A stretch of DNA of 20,000 nt, from positions 57,788 through 77,787 of IMG/VR virus record IMGVR_UViG_3300042569_001723. One strand, given 5' to 3'. Position numbers and translations under genes: made by a program. Shown here piece by piece: positions 1 to 8,575 of this stretch. The stretch is from an uncultured virus (IMG/VR IMGVR_UViG_3300042569_001723) (Duplodnaviria > Heunggongvirae > Uroviricota > Caudoviricetes). The notes under the pieces were generated by a model, which worked only from the letters and a program-made list of their open reading frames with translations, was not told the origin of the DNA and did not search any database. Numbering within the stretch: position 1 is the stretch's first letter; each line of letters opens with the position of its first letter.

Positions 1-1
1 T

Positions 2-3000
2 AGTGGTTCGTCAGGTTCTTCTGGTGTTGCAGGTTCTAGTGGTTCATCAGGTTCTAGTGGTACAAGAGGAACATCAGGTTCTAGCGGAAGTGCCGGTACT
101 TCAGGTTCTTCAGGATCAAGTGGTGCCAATGGTAGTAGTGGTACATCGGGTTCTTCTGGTACAAGAGGAACATCAGGTTCTAGTGGTAGTGCGGGTACTT
201 CAGGTTCTAGTGGTGCAAATGGTTCTTCAGGAAGTAGTGGTAGTGCAGGTACATCAGGAACCGCAGGTTCATCAGGTTCTAGTGGTGGTACGGGTTCTAG
301 TGGTACATCAGGTTCTTCTGGTACAAGTGGAACATCAGGTTCTAGTGGTAGTGCGGGTACTTCAGGAAGTAGTGGTAGTGCAGGTACGTCAGGTTCTAGT
401 GGTACAACTGGTACGTCAGGTTCTAGTGGTACAACTGGTACTTCAGGTTCTAGTGGAACTGCTGGTACATCAGGTTCTAGTGGTACTAGTGGTTCATCAG
501 GAACATCGGGTTCTAGTGGAACATCAGGTTCTAGTGGTGGTACGGGTTCTAGTGGTACATCAGGTTCTTCTGGTACAAGAGGAACATCAGGTACATCAGG
601 TTCTAGCGGAAGTGCCGGTACATCAGGTTCTTCAGGGACTAGTGGAACGTCAGGTACATCAGTTTCAGTTTCGGGTAATTCTGGCACAATAGTTAAATTT
701 ACTTCAGCATCTACAGTTGGTAATTCAAATATAGTTGATACTGGTAATGATATTACATTTAATACATCTTTAACAACAGTAAAAGGTAATTTGGTTGTAA
801 CGGGTAGTTTAACTGCTCAACAATTTATTGTCAGCTCATCAGTTAGTTTTATTACAACATCATTCGCTTCAGGGTCAACAAAATTCGGTGACGACACTGG
901 AGATAATCATAATTTTACAGGTAGTGTTTTTGTTACGGGATCTTTAAGAATACCTACAGCAAGTGGTACAGGTAATATAATAGGTAACGCTGCTGGTCAG
1001 TTATTCTATAACACAACCGATAATAACATTTATAGATATAACGGAACAACTTGGTTAGCTGCGGCCGGTACTTCAGGTACAAGTGGAAGTTCAGGTAGTT
1101 CTGGTGCCGGTGGTAGTTCAGGTTCTAGTGGAAGTGCGGGTACAAGTGGTAGTTCAGGTTCTAGCGGTTCAAGTGGGTCATCAGGAACAGCAGGTTCTAG
1201 TGGTACATCTGGAACAACAGGAACTAGTGGCACATCAGGTTCTAGCGGTACAACAGGAACTTCAGGTAGCTCTGGAACGTCAGGAGCAGCAGGTTCTAGT
1301 GGTTCTAGTGGATCATCAGGAACTAGAGGTACATCAGGTTCTAGCGGTAGTGCTGGAACAAGTGGAACATCGGGAACTGCAGGTAGTTCAGGATCTTCAG
1401 GTAGTTCAGGAACCTCAGGAAATTCAGGTTCTTCAGGTAGTTCGGGTTCTTCGGGATCAAGTGGTTCAGCGGGTACATCAGGTGCTGCGATAATTAACAA
1501 TAATACCGCTAACTACGTTTTAACCGCAACAGGTACCGCAGGAACAATTCAAGGTAATGCTGGTTTAACATTTAGTTCAGGTACTTTAACAGCAACAACA
1601 TTTAGTGGAGCGTTAAGTGGTAATGCATCAACAGCAACACAAGTTACACAAACATTAACAGGAACAAACGCCGCGAATTTACTATACTCACAAATTGCAG
1701 ATAATGACTACGCAAGAATTCGTGTTGGTGGTGATGCGGGAAATAGTGGTTGGATGGAATTGGCAACTGCTGATGATGGTAATGAACCAATTTATGTTCG
1801 TCAATATACGGGTGTATTTACAACAGTTACAAGAACTGCAACATTATTAGATGGTAGTGGTAACACAACATTCCCTGGAACATTATCAGCGTCAAACTAT
1901 AGTGGTACATCATCAGGAACAAATACAGGAGACCAAACAAATATTTCAGGATACGCAACTTCATTAAACGGATATGCTAACCAAACTGTATACACAATTT
2001 TAGATGGACCAGCAAATGGTCCGGTTATTAAAGTTAGATATGATAGTGCAACAGCAAATAGATATATTGATATTGGGAGTAAAGATGGTAATGGTGTTTA
2101 TAGTGAAGGTTTAAAATTATATAATAATTCCACCATAACTTGGTTAGGTCAAACCGTTTATCACTCTGGTAACATACCAACTTGGAATCAGAACACAACA
2201 GGTACCGCTAGTAATATTACCGCATATACAATCAACCAAAGTGTTGGCACGGGTAACTCACCAACGTTTGTTGATACTACATTAACAGGTGGTTTAACTA
2301 TTGGTGGGTCATTATCAAGAGGTACATATGTAAGTTTATCAAACTATGTAACAGGTGCGGATAACATTGTATTAAAAGGTAATTCATCCGGTGTTAGTGG
2401 TATATTCTTTGAATCAGAAAAAGATGGTACAAACATTAATCATCCTTCCGATTTTGGATTTATACAATTTCATTCTTACGGTATTGGTGGTTCATCAGGT
2501 GAAGCAAACAGATTAGTTATTGGTACGTCTAACGATGCTGATGATATTCTTGTGTTGAATCCTGCGGATATTAACGGACTTAAACTAAGAGCTGGAGTTG
2601 GTACAACAGAATATACAATATATCACGCGGGTAACATACCAACATGGAATCAAAACACAACTGGTACTGCTAGTAACATTACTGCCTATACAATTAATCA
2701 AAGTGTTGGTACAAGTAATTCACCAACATTCGCAGGTATAACAGTTAACGGTACGGTGGTTGCCAGTCAAAGTGGTTTCCAAAGTGCAACATATGCTTCA
2801 GGTCGAAATCGTATTTGGAGTTTTGGTAATGCGGATGCTTATGGTATTTCCTATTTTCAAGGATCGGGTGGTTATGGTGGTTCTCAGGATATGATTGGAT
2901 TTCATTTTGGTACCGCTAGCGTTGCTGAGTCTAAATTTACATTCGTTGCCGATGGTAGATTTTTCATAACTGGAGGGATATTCCCATCTGCAAATGGTAC

Positions 3001-3199
3001 ATATAATTTAGGTTCATCATCATTAAGATGGAACACAGTCTTTACTTCCGATTTATCTTTAAGTAATGGTATTGGTGACTATACAATTGTTGAGGGTGAG
3101 AATGATTTATTCTTATATAATAATAAACAAAATAAGGTTTATAAATTTATGTTGCAAGAGGTTAACCCTAATGACGCAACACCAAAACGACCTGAATAA
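2..3199 (+). CDS. Large phage tail/virion fibre protein with Ser/Thr-rich Gly-X-Y repeats (5'-partial; extends beyond the window)
   Basis: Frame +2 is open from base 2 (SGSSGSSGVAGSS...) through VSVSGNSGTIVKFTSASTVGNSNIVDTG... and is in frame with the 791..3199 ORF, so the TTG at 791 is internal. The C-terminus PSANGTYNLGSSSLRWNTVFTSDLSLSN...YTIVEGENDLFLYNNKQNKVYKFMLQEV resembles C-terminal motifs of phage tail-fibre proteins. Composition is G/S/T/N-rich and beta-prone. Confidence 0.85.
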   Translation, partial: SGSSGSSGVAGSSGSSGSSGTRGTSGSSGSAGTSGSSGSSGANGSSGTSGSSGTRGTSGSSGSAGTSGSSGANGSSGSSGSAGTSGTAGSSGSSGGTGSSGTSGSSGTSGTSGSSGSAGTSGSSGSAGTSGSSGTTGTSGSSGTTGTSGSSGTAGTSGSSGTSGSSGTSGSSGTSGSSGGTGSSGTSGSSGTRGTSGTSGSSGSAGTSGSSGTSGTSGTSVSVSGNSGTIVKFTSASTVGNSNIVDTGNDITFNTSLTTVKGNLVVTGSLTAQQFIVSSSVSFITTSFASGSTKFGDDTGDNHNFTGSVFVTGSLRIPTASGTGNIIGNAAGQLFYNTTDNNIYRYNGTTWLAAAGTSGTSGSSGSSGAGGSSGSSGSAGTSGSSGSSGSSGSSGTAGSSGTSGTTGTSGTSGSSGTTGTSGSSGTSGAAGSSGSSGSSGTRGTSGSSGSAGTSGTSGTAGSSGSSGSSGTSGNSGSSGSSGSSGSSGSAGTSGAAIINNNTANYVLTATGTAGTIQGNAGLTFSSGTLTATTFSGALSGNASTATQVTQTLTGTNAANLLYSQIADNDYARIRVGGDAGNSGWMELATADDGNEPIYVRQYTGVFTTVTRTATLLDGSGNTTFPGTLSASNYSGTSSGTNTGDQTNISGYATSLNGYANQTVYTILDGPANGPVIKVRYDSATANRYIDIGSKDGNGVYSEGLKLYNNSTITWLGQTVYHSGNIPTWNQNTTGTASNITAYTINQSVGTGNSPTFVDTTLTGGLTIGGSLSRGTYVSLSNYVTGADNIVLKGNSSGVSGIFFESEKDGTNINHPSDFGFIQFHSYGIGGSSGEANRLVIGTSNDADDILVLNPADINGLKLRAGVGTTEYTIYHAGNIPTWNQNTTGTASNITAYTINQSVGTSNSPTFAGITVNGTVVASQSGFQSATYASGRNRIWSFGNADAYGISYFQGSGGYGGSQDMIGFHFGTASVAESKFTFVADGRFFITGGIFPSANGTYNLGSSSLRWNTVFTSDLSLSNGIGDYTIVEGENDLFLYNNKQNKVYKFMLQEVNPNDATPKRPE
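5..661 (+). repeat. Gly-X-Y 9-bp-period coding repeat tract 1 (at least 73 triplets: GSS/GTS/GSA/GTR/GAN)
   Basis: Gly codons fall in a 9-bp register from 5 to 653. The recurrent unit is tcaggttctagtggt. No Pro. Confidence 0.92.
1067..1489 (+). repeat. Gly-X-Y 9-bp-period coding repeat tract 2 (47 triplets)
   Basis: GTSGTSGSSGSSGAGGSS...GTSGAA; first Gly at 1067 and last at 1481, an exact multiple of 9 apart. Confidence 0.92.
2159..2269 (+). repeat. Internal 37-aa repeat, copy 1 (YHSGNIPTWNQNTTGTASNITAYTINQSVGTGNSPTF)
   Basis: 35/37 aa identical to the copy at 2621-2731; about 17 nt differences by hand count, mostly at synonymous third positions. Confidence 0.92.
2621..2731 (+). repeat. Internal 37-aa repeat, copy 2 (YHAGNIPTWNQNTTGTASNITAYTINQSVGTSNSPTF)
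   Basis: Direct repeat of 2159-2269. Confidence 0.92.
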
Positions 3200-3200
3200 T

Positions 3201-3232
3201 ATTGATTAACTAAAAAAATATCATTATATTTT
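3201..3232 (+). promoter_or_regulatory. Putative promoter ATTG-N20-TATATTTT (also reads TTGATT-N17-TATATT)
   Basis: Intergenic, 15 nt upstream of the ATG at 3248. Same architecture as the sites at 7202, 16523 and 17608. Confidence 0.5.
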
Positions 3233-3247
3233 AATAAACATAAACTA

Positions 3248-3943
3248 ATGCCTTTAGACGTTAATAGTAAAGTAATCAGTTCATCGGATATAACAAGTAC
3301 GGGTATTTTTAAAACAAGAATTACTCGAGATAGTCTTATTTGTTATTTAGATGCTGCAGATATAAATTCATATCCCGGTAGTGGAACCGTTTGGTATGAT
3401 TTAAGTGGTAATGGTGCAAATGGGACCTTAGTTAATGGTGTTTCATTCAATAGTGGAATAGCTGGTGGGGTATTAGTAACTAATGGTTCAAATCAATATA
3501 TCACAGTTCCTTGTGGAAATTTATCTGGAACAAACTATACTGTAATAGGTGCTGCAAAATATGCAACAGTTGGAGGTAGAATTTTTTCCGCAGAAAGCAA
3601 TAACTGGTTATTAGGTTGGTGGAGTTCATCAACTGAAAATTATTATGCAGAAGGTTGGGTAACTCCTGTTCAAAATGGTCCACAGGATACTAGTTTTAAA
3701 ATTATGGCTGGTACTGGTAATATATCAGATGATCAGTATGTTGTTTATGTAAACTCAGTTGCAACGTATTCAAATCAAAGTGGTAGCCAGGGTCCATATA
3801 ATCTTAGTTTAGGTAGATATGCACCAGGTAATAGTGAATATTCAAACGCGTATATTGGGTATCTTTTAGTTTATAATAGAGTTTTAAATCCTTATGAAAT
3901 TTCTGAGGTGTATCAAGCAACAAGAGGTCGTTTTGGTATTTAA
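3248..3943 (+). CDS. LamG/concanavalin A-like lectin-fold virion protein
   Basis: LICYLDAADINSYPGSGTVWYDLSGNGANGTLVNG start and LLVYNRVLNPYEISEVYQATRGRFGI end are typical of phage LamG-like proteins. Confidence 0.8.
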   Translation: MPLDVNSKVISSSDITSTGIFKTRITRDSLICYLDAADINSYPGSGTVWYDLSGNGANGTLVNGVSFNSGIAGGVLVTNGSNQYITVPCGNLSGTNYTVIGAAKYATVGGRIFSAESNNWLLGWWSSSTENYYAEGWVTPVQNGPQDTSFKIMAGTGNISDDQYVVYVNSVATYSNQSGSQGPYNLSLGRYAPGNSEYSNAYIGYLLVYNRVLNPYEISEVYQATRGRFGI

Positions 3944-3954
3944 TAAATGTAATT

Positions 3955-4773
3955 ATGGGAATAGATATTGGCGGAAACGTATTTGATGCAACTGATTTTA
4001 ACCCAAGCGGCGAGGCTGCAAGTCCTACGGTTGTAACCAGAGGATTGGTGTTATGGTTAGATGCGGGTAACAATTCGTCATATATAAACTCATCCAATTA
4101 TTATGATTGTGGTTACGGATGTCAGTATTATTCATCAAATCCAGGCTGTACAAATTGTAACTCTCAATGGAAGGATATGAGCGGTAACGGTAATGATGGA
4201 TCGTTAACAAATGGAGCCGCAATTAATTATACCACAGGAGGAGGTTCAATACTTTTTGATGGTGTAAATGATTTTATAATAATCCCAACATTTACTAATG
4301 GTCCGACTAGTCAAATAACTACAGAAGCGTGGATTAGACCAAATAAATCATCGGTTGGTACAGGAACACAAAGAGGTGGAGCAGTTTCGTCAAGTAGTAG
4401 TATGTATTTGGGAATTATAGATTCTACCGATGGTGGAAGTACATTCTCATTACATTGGGCTAATCAAACTTCAAATAGTAGATTATATAATTGGAATGGT
4501 AGTATTCCAAATAATGCTTGGACTCACATTGTAGGAACATATGATGGAGGTACAAGTAGGGCTTATGTTAATGGTGTACAAGTTGATGCGTGGGCTCAAA
4601 CAGGTACAGTGACTGCTGGAACGTATTATGTTGGGACATATGGTGGGGCAACGGCGGATGGGGTACATAATTTTAAGGGAGATATTAGTATTGCCCGTAT
4701 ATATAATGTAGCATTAACTGTAACAGAAATTGTCCAAAATTATAATAATGGTAGAGCGAGGTTTGGAGTTTAA
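3955..4773 (+). CDS. LamG/concanavalin A-like lectin-fold virion protein with a Cys-rich insert
   Basis: GLVLWLDAGN..SY, WKDMSGNGNDG, FDGVND, WTHIVGTYDG...AYVNG, FKGDISIARIYNVALT..EIVQNYN..RARFGV; paralogous to 3248..3943. Confidence 0.85.
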   Translation: MGIDIGGNVFDATDFNPSGEAASPTVVTRGLVLWLDAGNNSSYINSSNYYDCGYGCQYYSSNPGCTNCNSQWKDMSGNGNDGSLTNGAAINYTTGGGSILFDGVNDFIIIPTFTNGPTSQITTEAWIRPNKSSVGTGTQRGGAVSSSSSMYLGIIDSTDGGSTFSLHWANQTSNSRLYNWNGSIPNNAWTHIVGTYDGGTSRAYVNGVQVDAWAQTGTVTAGTYYVGTYGGATADGVHNFKGDISIARIYNVALTVTEIVQNYNNGRARFGV

Positions 4774-4787
4774 AATATTTAATTTAT

Positions 4788-6431
4788 ATGCCAATATTAT
4801 TTAGAAGAACAAACATTTTAGACCCATACTCTTGGGCGGTAGGTTCAGGGGGTACTGGCGCTTTTGGTCAAAATGGTAGTACTGACGAAAACGAAAGAGT
4901 AATCGGCACAGACCCTTTTGGTAATAGTTCAGTTGTCTGGGAATCTAGACCAAACGGTTCCGCTGCTGATGATGGTGGTTGGAATAACGGATTTCATAAT
5001 GTGGATGAATATTCATTATATAGATGGTCAGTTTGGGTCAAAAGAACAACATCAAGTGCTGGAGGAACATCATATTTGGGACTTTACGGTAGTCCTAATG
5101 CTGTTATTAGAATAGATAACGGAGCACAAGAAGGTAACCCATATTTTGAATGTAGTGGTACTGGTGCATATACTCAAAACGTTTGGTATCTACTTGTTGG
5201 ACATTGTTTTCCATCTAATTACACTGGTGGTGCAACAACACACCCTGATTCTGGTAGATACATAACAAGTGGTAGAAATGGTAGTGTTAATTTTTGTAAC
5301 ATTGGCGGTGACGTAAAATGGTATCCGGGAACAACAGGTGGATATCATAGAGTATATCATTATTATTGTGGTGATAACACAACCAGATTACAATGGTTTG
5401 ACCCAAGATTAGATAAATGTGATGGCTCAGAACCAACAATATCTGACCTATTAAACAATAGACAAGCAAAGTTAGAATCTACAACCGTTACAGTTGAAGG
5501 TGCCGCACTTAAGCAACAAAAAGTAGTTGCAACAGGTGGTGTTATAACAACTGTTGGTGAGTATCGAGTTCATAGATTTAATAGTAGTGGAACATTTACC
5601 CTATCATCACTTAGATCGGGATCAATTGAGGTTGAATATCTAATAGCAGCTGGCGGTGGTGGCGGTGGTACTAATATGGGCGGTGGAGGTGGAGGTGGAG
5701 GTGTCCTTAATGGAACCACAATTCTAACTCCAACAACATATACCATAACTGTTGGTGGAGGTGGCGCAGGTGCGCCCGCGGGAACCACAGGTGGACACCC
5801 AACCGTAACAGGTGCTAATGGTGGTAATTCTTCATTTAATGGTTTAACTGCTATAGGTGGTGGCTGGGGTGGCGTTTCATATAACACACAAGGATTAGGT
5901 ATACATTTTGGTAATTCAGGTGGTTCAGGTGGTGGAGCTTCGGGTTATAATAATGATGGTGCAGCACCTGGAGCATATGGTTCAGGAGCGGGTATTTCAG
6001 GACAAGGATTTAGAGGTGGTTATCAAGGTAACTCATACTACTCAGGTGGTGGTGGAGGTGCAGGCGCCGCAGGTGCAGATGGAAACAATAGACCCGATGG
6101 TGGTGCCGGTAAATTAACGGGAATTTTAGGTAAACCATTTTATTTCGGAGGCGGTGGTGGTGGCGGAAGTTACTCACTATCTACAGGTGGTTATGGTGGT
6201 GTTGGCGGAGGTGGTGGTGGTGCGTTAGGCACAGCACTTGGTGGAAGAAATGGTTTAGCGTGGGGTTCTGATGGTGGTGGAGGCGCATGTTGTTCATGGG
6301 CTAACACACCTGGCGGAAATGGTGCAACAAACACTGGTGGTGGTGGCGGTGGTGGTGCTCACTATAACGCAACAAATAAGGGTGGAGATGGTGGAAGTGG
6401 AATAGTTATAATAAGATACAAATATAGATAA
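4788..6431 (+). CDS. Adhesin-like virion protein: N-terminal aromatic-rich beta domain plus C-terminal polyglycine-rich domain
   Basis: ATGG...YRVHRFNSSGTF...VEYLIAAGGGGGG...GGGGGGGV...NTGGGGGG...GGDGGSGIVIIRY is the pattern of the phage glycine-rich domain. Confidence 0.78.
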   Translation: MPILFRRTNILDPYSWAVGSGGTGAFGQNGSTDENERVIGTDPFGNSSVVWESRPNGSAADDGGWNNGFHNVDEYSLYRWSVWVKRTTSSAGGTSYLGLYGSPNAVIRIDNGAQEGNPYFECSGTGAYTQNVWYLLVGHCFPSNYTGGATTHPDSGRYITSGRNGSVNFCNIGGDVKWYPGTTGGYHRVYHYYCGDNTTRLQWFDPRLDKCDGSEPTISDLLNNRQAKLESTTVTVEGAALKQQKVVATGGVITTVGEYRVHRFNSSGTFTLSSLRSGSIEVEYLIAAGGGGGGTNMGGGGGGGGVLNGTTILTPTTYTITVGGGGAGAPAGTTGGHPTVTGANGGNSSFNGLTAIGGGWGGVSYNTQGLGIHFGNSGGSGGGASGYNNDGAAPGAYGSGAGISGQGFRGGYQGNSYYSGGGGGAGAAGADGNNRPDGGAGKLTGILGKPFYFGGGGGGGSYSLSTGGYGGVGGGGGGALGTALGGRNGLAWGSDGGGGACCSWANTPGGNGATNTGGGGGGGAHYNATNKGGDGGSGIVIIRYKYR

Positions 6432-6432
6432 T

Positions 6433-6822
6433 ATGGCACATTTTGCACGAATAGATTCTAACAACGTAGTTGTTGATATTTTAGTTGTTCCTGATGAACA
6501 ACAACATAGAGGAAATGATTATTTATCCAGTGATTTACAATTGGGGGGAACATGGATTCAAACATCATATAATGGTAATATAAGAAAAATGTATGCCGGA
6601 ATTGGGTATTGGTATTTACCTGAATTAGACATTTTTTTACCACCCAAACCATTTGAATCGTGGTCTTTAGATACAGTTAATCAAATTTGGAAAGCACCAA
6701 TTGAATGCCCTGAACAAGAAGAAGGTAAAGTTCATATTTGGGACGAAGAAACCCAACAATGGAGAACCGAACTCTTGCCCATTGCTGACGTTAATAATTT
6801 ACCAGAACAAGCATTACCTTAA
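6433..6822 (+). CDS. Phage protein typically paired with glycine-rich fibre proteins (possible fibre-assembly chaperone-like)
   Basis: MAHFARID.NNVV, WIQTSYNGNIRKMYAGIGY, F.PPKPFESWSLD....WKAPI..P, WDEETQQW; starts 1 nt after the upstream stop. Confidence 0.7.
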   Translation: MAHFARIDSNNVVVDILVVPDEQQHRGNDYLSSDLQLGGTWIQTSYNGNIRKMYAGIGYWYLPELDIFLPPKPFESWSLDTVNQIWKAPIECPEQEEGKVHIWDEETQQWRTELLPIADVNNLPEQALP

Positions 6823-6835
6823 TTAGAAATTTAAA

Positions 6836-6979
6836 ATGGGAGAAGTAACAAACATAGAAATTTATTTAGAAAACCAATGTTGGTACGTAAAATACTTACA
6901 AGATGGTGAAACAATTATAAGTAATCCATTTATGGAAGAACAACACGCAATTAACTATTGTGTTAAGTATTTATATTAA
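6836..6979 (+). CDS. Small hypothetical protein (47 aa, MGEVTNIEIYLENQCWYVKY...)
   Basis: Read by hand (below the ORF-track cutoff). It fills the gap between 6822 and 6992 and has an A-rich leader. Confidence 0.55.
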   Translation: MGEVTNIEIYLENQCWYVKYLQDGETIISNPFMEEQHAINYCVKYLY

Positions 6980-6991
6980 ACAAACATAACA

Positions 6992-7198
6992 ATGGCATAT
7001 CAAATTTTAAAACAACAATTCCCAACTGACCCATCAAAAGGAGAACCATCATTTATGGTGGTTGAAATATGGGCTGCAAAATTGGACGATAATGATGAAA
7101 TCTTTACATTCGAAACAATTGAAGAAGCTGAAGCAAAAAAAGCTGAGTTAGAAGCTGCTGAAACCACAACAAGATTATATAAAATAACGGAAATATAA
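6992..7198 (+). CDS. Hypothetical acidic protein (68 aa)
   Basis: ORF with an A-rich leader, preceded by TATTTATA at 6968-6975. Confidence 0.7.
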   Translation: MAYQILKQQFPTDPSKGEPSFMVVEIWAAKLDDNDEIFTFETIEEAEAKKAELEAAETTTRLYKITEI

Positions 7199-7201
7199 TC
7201 A

Positions 7202-7232
7202 TTTACAATTCAGGTAAAAATATCTATATTGT
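7202..7232 (+). promoter_or_regulatory. Putative promoter TTTACA-N17-TATATT
   Basis: Intergenic, upstream of the ATG at 7253; shares the TATATT box and spacing with three other intergenic sites. Confidence 0.55.
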
Positions 7233-7252
7233 AGTAAATTATAATTAAAATT

Positions 7253-7729
7253 ATGGAAAAAATCACGTTAAAGTTAGGAGACGTCCTACAATTAGAAAGT
7301 GAAATCAATGGGTTTGTTAGCCCACAAGATGGTACAGAACTCTATAAAGGTTTTACAAAACAAAATTTATCAATAATCTTAAAGTACGAACTAAAGGAAT
7401 TAGGTGAAGTACTTAAAGCAGAAAGAGCTAAGGTAGAATCTTTAAGAGATGAACTTATTCTTAAGTATGGAGAAAAAGATGAGAAAAATGGGATAATGGT
7501 TAAAATGTACAATGAAACCAAAGATGATGATGGTAATGTACTTACCAGAGTTGTTAATCCACAATATGTTAAATTCGATAAAGAATATGGTATATTGTTA
7601 GATCAAGAAAAGGAAATAGAATACCCTGAAATCACAAAAGAAGATTTAAAAGAAGCAGGAAAATCAAGCGATAATTATATAGTTTTATTTAAACTTGTTA
7701 AAAAGGAAGTAAAAAAAGAAGGAGCTTAA
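7253..7729 (+). CDS. Hypothetical helical phage protein (158 aa)
   Basis: Clean ORF with charged helical composition (LRDELILKYGEKDE); no function assigned. Confidence 0.75.
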   Translation: MEKITLKLGDVLQLESEINGFVSPQDGTELYKGFTKQNLSIILKYELKELGEVLKAERAKVESLRDELILKYGEKDEKNGIMVKMYNETKDDDGNVLTRVVNPQYVKFDKEYGILLDQEKEIEYPEITKEDLKEAGKSSDNYIVLFKLVKKEVKKEGA

Positions 7730-7744
7730 TTAGTTCCTTTTTTT
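7711..7744. terminator. Putative bidirectional intrinsic terminator at the convergent gene junction
   Basis: A7-G-AAGGAGCT-taatt-AGTTCCTT-T5: an 8-bp stem with one G:U pair on the + strand, flanked by A and T tracts, overlapping both stop codons (7727-7729 and 7730-7732). Confidence 0.6.
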
Positions 7745-8575
7745 ATATTCATTAATATAATCTGATAAGTTAATGGACGGAGACCAATCTAATACAAATC
7801 TAGCAACTCTACTTTCACATAAAGTTTCCTGAGCCTCACCTGGCTTGTCATCAAGATATAGTCTATCTTCTTTAAACATGTCGGCAACTTCATTTAAAGA
7901 AAAGTTGTAACCCCTCCCCAATTCAAAGATGTGACCCCAAGCATTTATATTTTGTATTTTAATTAACGCATCAACAATATCATCAACATGTGTGAAATCT
8001 CTTCTTTTAAATCCATCACCATATATCGTTAAGGGTTCCCCATCATCATATTGCTTTTCCCATCTACCAATTACGGTACTGTATCCACCATCTTTTAAAT
8101 GATGTGGACCATACACATTATAAAAACGAGTTATGGACGCCTTTAAATTAAAATGTTCTTGATAAAGTTTAACTATCTCCTCACCAATATCTTTACTAAA
8201 GGTATATGGATTTTTAAACTTACCGCTATGGTGTGAACTACTTCCTGCATAAACTAATGGTATATCGTTCTTAATACAATATTGTACCATATTCAATGTA
8301 CCATTTGTATTTGTTTCAAAATACTCAACCGGATGTTTAAATGATGGTTGTATTCTTGCAATTGCCGCTAAATGAAATACAATATCGTATTTCAGATTAT
8401 CTAGTATTGTTAAATTTCTAACATCACCATATATGTAATTTGCTCCATCTTGGTGGTTAGAACTAAAACCACTTAAGTAGTTATCTAAGGATGTTACATC
8501 GTGACCATCTTTTAATAACCTTTTAATTAAATTGGTACCGACAAATCCAGCACCTCCAGTTACAAGTACATTCAT
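7730..8575 (-). CDS. NAD-dependent NDP-sugar epimerase/dehydratase (extended SDR)
   Basis: VLVTGGAGFVG Rossmann motif, VFHLAA, YTFSK (YxxxK), RFYNVYGP, GDGFKRRDFTHVDD. Confidence 0.93.
   Translation of the reverse strand: MNVLVTGGAGFVGTNLIKRLLKDGHDVTSLDNYLSGFSSNHQDGANYIYGDVRNLTILDNLKYDIVFHLAAIARIQPSFKHPVEYFETNTNGTLNMVQYCIKNDIPLVYAGSSSHHSGKFKNPYTFSKDIGEEIVKLYQEHFNLKASITRFYNVYGPHHLKDGGYSTVIGRWEKQYDDGEPLTIYGDGFKRRDFTHVDDIVDALIKIQNINAWGHIFELGRGYNFSLNEVADMFKEDRLYLDDKPGEAQETLCESRVARFVLDWSPSINLSDYINEYKKRN

Noticed and set aside
3..692. 229-aa V/L/Q-rich ORF in frame +3
   Set aside because: Shadow frame of the 9-bp GSS repeat; frame +2 is continuous with the fibre gene.
791..793. TTG start assigned by the ORF track
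   Set aside because: No in-frame stop lies upstream within the window; the true start is left of base 1.
1..1489. Possible CRISPR array or non-coding satellite (recurring tcaggttctagtggt)
   Set aside because: No fixed repeat with unique spacers; variation is codon-structured, so this is a coding repeat.
1030..1500. PELPE-repeat ORF on the minus strand and the V/Q-rich ORF 1083..1493
   Set aside because: Antisense and frameshift shadows whose limits coincide with Gly-X-Y tract 2.
2159..2731. Possible diversity-generating retroelement TR/VR pair
   Set aside because: Differences are mostly synonymous and not adenine-specific, both copies lie inside one CDS, and no reverse transcriptase is in the window.
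5570..6117. Poly-Pro ORF 5570..5887 (-) and ORF 5908..6117 (+)
   Set aside because: Shadows of the polyglycine codons in 4788..6431.
3501..6652. Short alternative-frame ORFs (3501..3683, 3804..4097, 4025..4222, 4483..4668, 4918..5115, 5287..5469, 6458..6652)
   Set aside because: Nested in or antisense to well-supported genes, with no motifs.
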